Positions 37,478-49,200 of a DNA stretch of 64,000 nt are shown here, in pieces. A model generated the notes under the pieces. The model ran no database searches and was not told where the DNA came from. It saw only the letters and a program-made list of their open reading frames with translations. Numbering within the stretch: the first letter of the stretch is position 1; every line of letters begins with the position of its first letter. Location of the stretch: the NCBI GenBank assembly GCA_030704615.1, contig CM060731.1:56978001-57042000 (forward strand), read 5' to 3'. A program made the position numbers and the translations under genes. The DNA is from Takakia lepidozioides (taxonomy: Eukaryota; Plantae; Bryophyta).

Positions 37478-40251
37478 TTACCAGTAGTCCCCACAAGAAC
37501 AAACCCCATATTGGAAGTGGTGAAAGCGGTTGGCATCCCGCACAACAACTGCTCGCCCAACAATCTTGGAGATGAACCTGGTGGCCATGTGACAGTCACC
37601 ACAAACCCGAAGGTTCTTGATGACACGGAGAGGAGTCCCAGGGTGCTGATGACCCCAAAAGCAATGGCCAGTCTCTCACTGTGGTAGCAAAGAGAAGTTT
37701 GTTTTTGCTCCTCCATCACATCATGCAATACATAGTGGGTGTCAGGCACATACCCAGCCTCCTTCATCTGCCCAGACAATCTCTTTAGCTCACCATGGAT
37801 TTCTTCAATTTGATGATGTGCTTTGTCATCTACAATGAACATATGCACCTGGTTGTCCACCTCAATGCAGGAGTGCCCTGGTGCCCCTCTGACACCTCTG
37901 TCCTGCATCATTTTTCTCACCTTTGCAGTATCATCCCACCTGCCAGCCGCAGCATAGATATTTGAAAGTAGCACATAAGTTGCAGCATCCTGTGGATCCC
38001 ACCTGAGAAGGCATTTCGCCGCACGCTCTGCCAGCTCCACATTTCCATGAATCCTGCAGGCACCAAGCAAGGCTCCCCAGACGCCAGCACCTGGTTCAAC
38101 TGGCATTTGGTTGATCAAATCCCCTGCCATGTGCAATTTGCCAGCACGGCCAAGAAGGTTCACCATGCAGCCAAAATGCTCCATTGTGGGGGTGAGGCTG
38201 TGGTCTCGATTCATGGAATCGAAGTAGTGACAACCTTCATCCACCAGGCCAACATGGCTACACGCGGAGAGCACACAAACGAAGGTGATACCATTCGGCT
38301 TTACCCCTTCCTTTTGCATCTGTTCAAAAAGAGGCAAGCCTTCCATTCCGCACCCATGCTGGGCGTAACCAGCAATCATCGCATTCCAAGAGACTACATT
38401 TCGTTCAGCCATACTGTTGAACACTTGACGAGCATCCTTTATGTTCCCGCATTTGGCATACATGTTGAGAAGGGTATTCTCCAAATTTATATATGACACA
38501 ATTCCAGCTTTGATGATGTCAGCATGGACCTCTATGCCCTTTTCCAGGGCTGCCAGGCTGGCACACGCACTTAGAACACAAATGAATGTTACTTTGTCAG
38601 GTCTGACCTTTTCTCGTATCATCTGCTCGTACATCTCCAAAGCTTCCCTCGCACACCCTTGCTGAACATATCCTGTGCTCATCGCATTCCATGAGACCAC
38701 ATTTCGTTCAACCATTTTGTCAAACACTTGACGAGCCTCTTTGATGCTCCCGCACTTGGCATACATGTTAACAAGGGCAGTCTCCAGAATGACATCTGGC
38801 ACAATTCCAGCTTTGCTGATGTCAGCATGGACCTCTCTGCCCTTTCCAAGAGCTGCCACACTGGCACACGCATTGAGAATGCAAATGAACGTCACTTTGT
38901 TGGGCATCACCCCATCCTGTATCATTTGCTCGTACATCTCAAAAGCTTCTCTACCACACCCATACTGAGCATACCTCCGCACATTGCGTTCCATGAGACC
39001 ACATTTCGCTTTGCCATTGTTGAAAACATGACGGGCATCCTGTATACTCCCGCATTTGGCATACATGTCAACAAGCGTATTCTCCAGAATGAGATCTGGA
39101 GCAATTCCAGCTTTGATGATATCACCATGGACCTTAACGCCCTTTTCCAAGGCTGTCAGGCTGGCACATGCCTTGAGAACACAAGTGAACGTGACCTTGT
39201 CAGGTGTCACCCCTTCCCGGACCATTTGCTCATATATCTCCAAAGCCTCCAAACCATACCCTTGTTGAGCATATCCTGTGCTCATCACATTCCATGAGAC
39301 CACATTCCGCTCCCCCATTTTGTCGAACACTTCACGTGCATCCTTTGTGCTCCCACATCTGGCATACATGTTGACAAGGGCAGTCTCTAGAACGACATCT
39401 GGTGCAATTCCAGCTTTGATGATGTCACCATGGACCTCCATGCCATTTTCCAGGGTCGCCAGGCTGGCACACGCATGGAGAGCGCAAATGAACGTGACCC
39501 TGTCAGGGGTCACCCTTTCCTGGATCATTTGCTCATAGATCTCTAAAGCCTCCCTACCACACCCATGCTCAGCATATCCTGCAGTCATCGCACTCCAAGA
39601 GATGACATTTCGTATAGCCATATTGTCGAACACCTGACGTGCCTCTTTCATATTCCCGCATTTGGCATACATGTTAACAAGGGCAGTCTCCAAAATGACA
39701 TCTGGTGCAATTCCAGCTTTGATGACGTCAGCATGGACCTCCACGCCCCTTTCTAGTGCAGCCAGGCTGGCACATGCCTTGAGAACAGAAATGAACGTGA
39801 CCCTGTTGGGTGTCACCCCTTCCCATTTCATTTGGTCATAAATCTCTATGGCCATCTTCCCACACCCATGCTTGGCATATCCTGCCATCATTATAGTCCA
39901 TGTAAAGACATCTCGTTCAAGAATTTTGTCAAACACCAGGCGTGCATCCACCAAATTTCCGCACTTAGCATACATATTGATTAGGGTGTTGAGTAGAAAG
40001 GTGTTTGGCTTGAATCCCGTTTGGATAATGTGGGCATGCACCTGCTTTCCTGGTTCCAGGGCTTTAAACTTGATGCACTCCTGCAGCAGACAAACATAAA
40101 CGTTGGAGTCTGCCAAGATGCATCCTTGGTTAAGAATTTGGAGCACATCGTTCAGTTGTCCTGCCTTACATAGTGTCCGCACATCCCCACAAGTGCCAAA
40201 TGAATTCTTGCTGACTGCCTCTCTTGGTCCTCTTTTGACAGCACTGGTCAT
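37478..40251 (-). CDS. PLS-E-DYW pentatricopeptide organellar RNA-editing factor, frameshifted in the DYW domain
   Basis: Intronless; multiple P-L-S triplets, E domains, PG box [19 protein letters not shown]; a shifted frame continues [18 protein letters not shown]...CSCGDYW* with TAA at 37478-80; indel at ~37641-43. Confidence 0.95.
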
Positions 40252-41639
40252 GGTGGCGGTACCTGATTCAAACAGCTGCCTGATTAAATCTTACCATTCT
40301 ACATCACGACTCACAACTCTTAGCAACAAACCTTGTCAAACTCAGATGCTAAATTCCAAAGAATGATCCCTTATGAGCACAGCCTGCTTGCTCTATATAA
40401 GCAGAATTTTGTGCTGGTTAGTCACCCCTCCACATGACAGCACAGCTATCCCGACTTAGATACCAGCTCCAATAGAATTTTTTCCTTTTATCCAATTCTG
40501 ATGACTATGTTCACCTTCACATAGGCAAAAAATAACTTGTATAGAATTCCCCCCTGGGCATAACCTTATATATGCACTGCAGCACACAAATTTCCTGCTG
40601 TGTTTCGGTCTACAGGGACAGAAGTAGCTCTCTCTTGAGACAAAACACAAACTCAGCTCCTGTATACGCATTGTGCAGCAGGACACCCCAACAGAGCCAG
40701 ACAACAGCTGGAAAAGAGGATTAGGACGTACTGGAAGCACTCTGCCGATCCTCCTCCACCAAGGCTCGCCACAGGCTTTTGCCTACCTGCTTTCTGCCTC
40801 TCCAATTGATCATCTATCCATACAAGCTTCTTGTAGCTATCAATCCAGAATGTCTGGTTGGTGCTCTTGCTTGAAAGCTGGTCCTCCAGGATGGATCTGC
40901 ACCCACACTCTATCCCTGCCTTTTTCAGCTATCCATGCTTCCACAACAAAAATCAACAGATCCATCTCCTCATTGCAAGGAACTGACAGTGACCATAATC
41001 TAACAGACAAAATCCCACTACTTCCTGCCACACACTATGTAGTTGCTTAGCTGAATTGGTGTTCAGACTAAAAATAGCGTATTATTTTAAAGGTTGGGTC
41101 CCCGCCCTGAGCTTAAAGGCTTTAGACACTTCAACCTCCAGGCCTGAAGCTAGCGGGTCGATTCATCTGGGTTAATATTCAGATATTTGAGAAATCTTTC
41201 TACCGTTTTCCACCACGACTTAGCTTGATTAACAGGATGGCCTTGCTTCCAAGAAATAGAGTCTATTGGGTATCTGGTATTATAATCTGACTTTGATCTC
41301 ATCACGTCCAGAGCTTAAGGGAGGTATGCAAGCTCGCCCAGAACAGCCACATTAGCTGTTCTAGAGCACGCTGACATGCTCTCTTTGAGCACCACAACCT
41401 GAATGGATTATAGAGATTTAGCAAGGTTGGGGTTATCGACCCACGCGGCAGATGCGCACTCCAAGGCAGGCCTAACATCGTTGCAAAGAATGGTCCTTCT
41501 AACTTCAGTTTTAATCCCTCTGCAGTGGAAAAATTTAGTGAGACCCGTAGCTTTGCATTTAGCTGTTTGAACCACTTCTGTATTTGCGCGTCCCAGCTGC
41601 AACTGGAGGAAAACTCAACTCCAAGAGAGAGATTGTACT

Positions 41640-42140
41640 CATAAGACGTTGTTTGCCGTAGCCTTGTGGCCATTGACCCCGCGCCCAGTTTGAGCGGGAA
41701 CAAAAGGGACAGAACCTACCTCTGTCAGGGGCTGAGGTTGGTAGTGTGACTTACCATCATATATAGAATTAATCCGGGTTTTCCAGATATCCTCTAGAAA
41801 TCCCTTCACACAAGCATCAATCTGCTGTGTGTGATTTGCCCAAAAACTAGGCCTCAGGAGGGCCTGGGCTTTTGGCTCAGCCTCGAGACTTTCAAAGTTG
41901 TTAAACAGGGGTACAGGCACAATTCCCTTGATAGAATTGAAGAGAGCGTCTCTTTGGTGAGAGAACCCCGGACAGTGTATCAGAAAATGAAGACTGTCTT
42001 CAGATTGCCCACACAGTGGGCAATTGCACTCTCCCTTTCCTCTCTGCTTCTGTTTGCTGTTCAAAGGTAGGCTTCCTGCCCTGAGTTTAAATTTCAGTCT
42101 AGTGCCGAGAGTGGGTAGACCCTTGAGGTCATCCAAGATG
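41640..42140 (-). mobile_element. LINE 3'-end (RT-associated zinc-binding domain), 5'-truncated
   Basis: KLRAGSLPLN..CPLCGQSEDSLHFLIHCP..FLEDIWKTR; smaller fragments of the same family at ~800, 1455, 2075, 4815 and 8680. Confidence 0.85.
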
Positions 42141-43089
42141 TCCTCCCCCATGTCACTGACTGGAAACAAGTTCAGGGAAGTTTTCTGCCTAACTTCATTT
42201 TCATCAGACAATCTCATGGCAACAGACAAGAGAGAGAGAGAGGGGGGGAGGGAGATCTGGTTCTCTTGTATTTTGCTGTTATAAAGCAAGCGTCGCCATA
42301 TTTCCCTCTCTAAATATATGTATCTACTTCCAATTCAGTATCTCAGGCAACATCCCAACTCACCTTGAAGAGCAACAGGAACAACCACAGCCCCGACTGC
42401 CAATCGCTCCCGACTCGGCCACATACCAGGCCATCAGAGGCGCCGAACTCTGAAACCTCGAACGGATGCTTAGGAAAGCCGTTATGCCTCAGAAATGAAC
42501 GACCACTAAAATCATGTGAGGCCATTCCCACCCTTTCTTCATAATGCGATGCATTCCTCGGAAACTATTGATATAACAATGCGAAGGCAAAACAGGGGAG
42601 ACTCCCGTAGAGGAAAAACATATATTGTCAAATGGTGAGTACAGAAGGTCAGAGTGGTGAGGCTTCATCAGACACGTAGACCCAAAAACCCTAATAGTTG
42701 TGGCACATCCACAGATCATAGGCACAAACATACTCAAATATCAGGGATCTGGACATAGTAACAAATGTGTCAAAACCCACAGCATAAACTGGGGGATAGA
42801 CACCTCTGTGGTCATACTAGAAGTTGCACAAGCGCTTGCCTTAAGTTGAACCAGTCAAATCTCTCTCAATTAATTGTCAACAACCTGTTACTACTCAGTG
42901 CATATGCACACACTCCAAGGACAACTGCATTGGTATAACACTTTCTCAGTTCAAATAACAGTAGCTAACACATGAAAGCTAAAAAGAGATAGAGGTAGAG
43001 AGATAACCTGGATGTTGTGGTGTGTGCTGGATCCATGAACTTCTTGATCGAAGTGTCATATCTGTCACAGGGACAGCCATCCCATGAGA

Positions 43090-43800
43090 AAAGCAGATCC
43101 CACCTGCCAGTTGCAGCATAGTTGTTTGATATAACACATAAGTTGCGGCATCCTGTTCATCCCAGTTGACTACATGTTGCTGCATGTTCTGTGTGACTGT
43201 GCTCATAGGTCTCCAAGCCTCCATCCCACACCCATGCTGGGCATATCCTGCAATCATCGCACCACATTGGGTTCAACCATGTTGTCAAACACTTCCTTAG
43301 CATCTTTGAGGCTGCTGCATTTGACATACATATCCACGAGGGTATTGTTCAGACTGTTACTACTCTAGGTTTGATGATGTGACCATGGTGAAATGTCCAT
43401 GATGTGACCAAGTGTGACCCAGTTTGGCTTCAGCCCCTTCCTGCATCATTTGCTCATATGTGTCTGAAGCATTCTTACCATGCCCATGCTTGGTAAGTCC
43501 TGCCACCATTAACAGTCGACTTGAGAATGGGGTAACCACCCACATCATCAAAACTTGTTCATGCATTCTGTTGAACACTTGGTGTGCATCCATGACGCTC
43601 CTGCATTTAACATACAGGGTGTTGTGTTGAAGAACATTTGGCTTGAATCCGCTTTAAATGCCTCCTGTGTTCAAAATTTGTGGAGCCTCCTTCAGTTGTC
43701 CTGCCTCATATAGTGTCCTCACATGCCCAGAAGTGCCAGAAGAGGTCTTACGTACTCCCTCTCTAGTTCCTCTTCTCGAAACTACGGTCAAGATGTACTC
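43090..43800 (-). pseudogene. Heavily deleted paralog of the PPR-DYW gene
   Basis: SRRGTREGVRKTSSGTSGHVRTLYEAGQLKEAPQILN is similar to the N-terminus of the 971-aa ORF; [14 protein letters not shown] and [11 protein letters not shown] (E domain) fragments. Confidence 0.85.
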
Positions 43801-46228
43801 AACTGTGCCGCTGCTGCTGCTTCCAGTTGACCATCTACCCATAGGGTTTTCTTATAGTCATCAAGGATGATGGTACTTTTTGCACTTGAAATCTGGCCCT
43901 CTTAGATGAATCTGGACAAACACTCCACCCCTCCCACCTTCAGTTATCCCCGCTGCATAGACCCTTGCTGCTAGCAGCTGACAATGACAGCCTAAATTTT
44001 GTCTATATATCGCACACTAGTTCCTACGTTGAATTGGCCCCCAGACTCTAAAAATATGTTGGGGAAAGAGCGAGGATGACAATTTGCAAGAAACTTTTGT
44101 GATGCAACTTGTTGTCCGCTTCTCTCTCTGACATAACAGGCATTTCTCTTTGCCTTGATTGTCCCAACAGCTACTGGGGTCCCATATCCTTCCAAAGCTT
44201 CTCCTTGTCTCTGTCTTCTGTTTCTGGATATTTGCCTGTTGCCACATTGGCTGTAAAAGGTCAAAATCATTCCAAACCACCATACGTCCACCTGCCGAGC
44301 TAAGTTACAGAATTCAACATGAAAAATTAGGGATGGCTCTGATAAGAGGACAAAACAAACCTCACTGTGTTGAACAAGGAGGTGCCCTCACCACATTGTC
44401 CCTGACATTGTGTCATAAAGCAGCTAGCTTTTCTTTCACCCCAAGGAGGATTCAGCGAGACCCAGAAAGGAAATCGTGTTATCACATAATTTCAGTGGCA
44501 TCCCTGAAGGTTTGGAAGGCCCCATAGTCATCACATGCAAGGGACTCCGTCCTCTGTGCATTGCCATGGTGGATGACGGCACAGCCCAGCCCCTTAATCC
44601 GCTCTCGCCTGACCGAAACAAGAGGACCGGGCCTTGGGTATGGAGTCCCCTTGCGCTCTCTGCTTCGAACTCCGACAAGAAACAATTGTACCAGCAGGCT
44701 CCTCTGTACATTGGAAACGATCAACCTGCTTCAAGGATCACGTATGGGTGCGAACCGCCATTTGCTGCTGCATTTTCAACGTCTCCTTCCTTCTGTCTTC
44801 TCCAAGGACATGTCAATAGGCATATCAATCTCTATCTGCTCCAGTCCCCAAAACGTCGTCGAAAGGAGAGGCTGGCTGCTTCTTCGCAGCCCTCCCACTT
44901 CACGTCCCAGCACATGCGAAAGTTCCGTCGTCTTGATCTCTGCTTTCCTTTCTACCTTCTATCATGAGTGTCACCATGTATTTACAACGTCGGCTAACCG
45001 TCTTTTGGGTTTAAGGGTTTAGCCAAGCACGAGCGATGTGGCCTTCAACTGGATTCCTAAAGATTAGTCTTGGTTACTAGTTTGATGTTGGCGACCCTGC
45101 TCAGATCTGTGGATTTTCTGTTTAGTTTTATTCGGGGTTTTTATCGTTCTCTTACGTTGGAGTCAGTGTGATGCTCTTATACTATGCATCGCATCGATGA
45201 TGGAGGAGCTTAGCGGATATGGGCAGGCAAGGAGCTAAGCAGGGCAAGAATCCTGACCTGGGGTCTGGGTGCAGAAACATTGTGGCGCAGCTGGTACGAG
45301 ATAACGACACAACCATGCCCACGGTCTGGCTTCTCGCTCTCACATTTTGAATTCTTCACTTCGAGAGTTGGGGAAAGTGCTTCTGCATGCCTGCACACGA
45401 TCACCCTTTCAATGGGGAAAGGCATATCAGAGGCCAGAACTTTTTCTGTCACGTGTCATTGTCAACCCTAATTTAAATCTGACTGTCAAGACAAGGGACT
45501 CCGAGCTAAGAATACGGATGCAAAGCCCAGACAATTTCCCAGCCGTATCAAAGGTTGCAACTAAAATCGCTCTACTAAATGCAGATGTGTGAAGACCCAG
45601 CATTGAGGCACACATGAAGCACGAGGCGAACATGAAGACAATCCGAACATATCGAAGGGAAACCAACCTCGAGCTATGGATGAATTGGTTATGATAGAAC
45701 ACCGCATCGCTGATCCCTGGTCAAAAGTTTATCAGTCCTAATTGAAATCAATGGAACTGAGTAAAAGGGTGTTGGCGAAGACCATGGCAGGCAGGCTTAT
45801 AACCCTGGCTCTCTTCAAGTCACGCTGGCAGGTGTATCCGGGTGGTAGACAGGCCAAGGAGCTAGTGGACTTGAGAGCACTTTCAAGTCTATCGACTAGG
45901 ACAGACGGTAAGCCACCTACACTCTTGATGTCACTTTTCCTCTTCCTCCTCATGTAAGGGCTTATTTAATTAGTTCTTTCTTTCCCTCTCTGTCCGAAAT
46001 CCACATTCCCAATCTTGGTGGGGAGGCACATTAATGGATACTCTGCAAAATGCAGTGAAGGTGAATCCCCTAAGGTTTCCATCACCGTTGTGTACTCTCC
46101 TGCCATCCCCTCTCAACCTTTCCTCCTCTTTTGTGTTCCATTCGTAACCTCTGTGGGGTCCATGGGTACAAGGTGATGGCAAGTAAGTCTAATGAGTTTT
46201 TTTTGCGTGGCAAGGTGAGAGGGGTGGG

Positions 46229-49200
46229 GTGGCACAATTTTTGAGGTACTTGGCTAAGCTTCGAAATTATGAGAGACAGGGTGTGCCACAAGGGGCAGGC
46301 ACAGATTCAAATGTTGGCTTTGATCTTCAACGAATGCACCGGCTCCTTGCACGGCTTGGTGATCCACTGTCACACTATCCGGTTGCCCTCCCTCTCCTCC
46401 GCCCTCCCATCTTTCTCTCTCTATTGTGCTGGATCAAAGCCAACAGTGCCAGTGAGTGGAAAAACAAAATGCCTTCTGGTCAGTACCAGTTAGTTAATCA
46501 ACACTGCAAGGGCTTTGTTACTCTCAGATGGAGTCTCAGCCTGGTGGGTCAAAGCCCCATGGTTGATCTGGATGGGTCAGCATTCATCAAGATGCTGCAT
46601 AGGCATTCATGGGAAACTGGTAATTGAGTAGATTGTCTTCAGAAGCCCATGTGTCAAATAGTACTTAAATATCGACTATTGACTGTATTTATGTGTTTGA
46701 ATGACTGTTTGCATATGCATGCATGCTAATATGACAGTGCAAAATGGGCATAGGTGGTGCATGTTGCTGGAACAAAAGGCAAGGGTTCAACTGTGAGTTT
46801 TATCAGCAGTGTTCTACGTGCAGCGGGGTTTTCTGTAGGGACCTACACGAGGTATAGTTAATGACTTTTATGTACCCTGTAACATGCTTTATTCACTTCA
46901 TATTCTGTAGAAGACTTGAGTGGAGAGGGGTTGTTGTAGACGCAGATCATGCAATGAGGGAGGAGTGAAATAGTTCAAGAGGATCAGAAGGCTCAAATCC
47001 ATATTGATGAATTTGTGGTTTAAACACATTATGGCAGCCCACACATTTTCAGTATTCAAGAGAGAATAACGGCAGGCACAACAGGAGATCCAGTGCATGA
47101 GGCAGCTCTAGGAAAGCTCTTCGAAGATGTGCGGGCAACACTCGATGAGGCTGTTGCGGAGGAGTCAGGATCTCTCACTCACTTTGAGGTGTCTTGAGGT
47201 GACTAGACCCTGTGTGCATTTTGCACCTATTGTGCTCTAGAGGTTGGTAAGAATTGGAGATGAAAATGTTGAGTTGATCCATGGAGTAAAGGCAAAGAAT
47301 TTTTAAGTGTGCATGGTTGTTGATCATTTTACTGCGCTTGTACTTTTTATCTTGCCCACCGTTGGTTCTTGAAATGGGCTGAAGGTATACGTATTGGATA
47401 TGCCAGATATTGACAGCTGTAGCATTTACGCACTTTGCGAGGAAGAAGGTCGACGTGGCAGTGATTGAGGTATATTTTTGTGATCTCGTAAGTTGTACGT
47501 CTATCAGAAAACCCTGAGAATCCACATGGTCCAAATCTTCCCTGTTTTCAGGGGGTATTTACATTTTTGTTAAAATGTGTAGGATTCTTTCTGACAATCT
47601 TCGATTGACCACTTTAACACTGTTGCTGAGTGGTTGCACATATCACAGAAGAGGATGAACGAGGGGTTGTTTATGGCATCTACTTTCCGTCTTTCATAGT
47701 CTTCTGTTATGGAACTCAGAAATTGTTCACAGATGTTCTTGAAATATAGCATTACGAGTCACCTTCGTGTAGCTACATGCGGTTCTGTGAGTTAAATGGT
47801 AGGGATTGATGATGCCCTCTAATCAATTGTAAGTATTGCATACAAGACTGGACTAAAATATGGAGATGTGATAAAATTCACAATTGGATCGTCAACTTTA
47901 TATTTGTTGTCTGGTGGCAGACAGGGCTAGGGGGAGCGCGAGATGCAACAAATGTGATTCGTCCGGAGGGACTTGCAGCAGCTGTCATAGTGGGTATTGG
48001 CTGTGAGCATTTGGCAGCGTTGGGTGGCTCCCTGGAAACTATTACCCTTGCCAAGGCTGGCATCATCAAGCATGGCCGCCCGGTATAGCTCTGTTCTCTT
48101 AGACTTGTGTACAAGTTAATCTGTATTCTGTCAGGGAATCTCCTCCTCAAGTCACTACAGTGACTAGCAGTGCTTCTCAGCCATGTGTCTCCTGTGCATG
48201 GACTAGGTTCTTCCTCTCTGTGATGTACACAGCCCATGATTTAGATTGGTGGTAAGGTGGAGGGCTTTGCAGCAGTGTACAATTGGTGTTTTACTTTATA
48301 GCTGGTTGTCAATATCAAATCAATAGTCAACATTTAGAATTTGACTGCAAGTGGCTGTATAAGAGCAAAAGCTATTTGACCCTGTTGGTTTGGAATCCCA
48401 TAGTCGGCTCTTGGGGGTTTGTTTTGCTGCAGACACTATCCTCTCAAGTCGCGGGCATAGCCAGTGTTCATACTCTACAGCCCAATTAAGATGTTTTCTC
48501 TCCTGGGTTGGAATCTCCGCTTACCTCCTCTCTTTGCAGATGGGGAGTGGATTCAGACAGTAGGCAAAACCAGAGGGTAACTACTACTTGTTCTTGTAGG
48601 GGAGGATGGAAGGGGTCTTTGAGCAGTGAGTCTGGGAAAGCACATAACCGGACACATCAAGTTCCCACTATGTGACCACCACAGAGGACTGCTTTGCAGG
48701 TGGTAGTTGGCCGGCAACCAGAGTCAGTCGCCAAAGATATCCTCTGGAAAGTGGCAGCCGCGAAGGAGGCACCTGTGAGAGCTGCCTTTGGCTCCTTGGT
48801 ACGGTGCGAAGTTGAGGCAGTATCGGCCGATAGCGACAACCCTTTCCAGTCTTGCAATTTTTCCATCACACATGACCATGAGGTAAGGGCTCCCGGGACA
48901 TAAATCTGCTTGTCATTTCTGTGTGGGGGGATACGAAGATTTTGTTCTGGCGAAGATTCTGCACAGATGCAGCATCATCTTTTCCCTGAAATTATGCGGC
49001 AGTAAAGAAGGACACCTTTAATCTGCAATGTTTCAATGTCTGAACATGCCCTTAATTTGGACCCTTAACAGACTGTTCAGAAAGGTGACAGGGTTTTTGT
49101 TCTCCATCTCATTGGGCTTTTAGCTCTACTTAGTCCCATGGCCCCCTGTGCCTCTGGTCCAGAAAACACGTCTAACATGAAAATATTTAGAATATATATT

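Noticed and set aside
37336-37640. Novel C-terminal extension of the 971-aa PPR ORF
   Set aside because: Out-of-frame read of the DYW domain after the frameshift
42420-42770. Copia integrase remnant (IRVFGSTC)
   Set aside because: One short motif only, with no supporting domains
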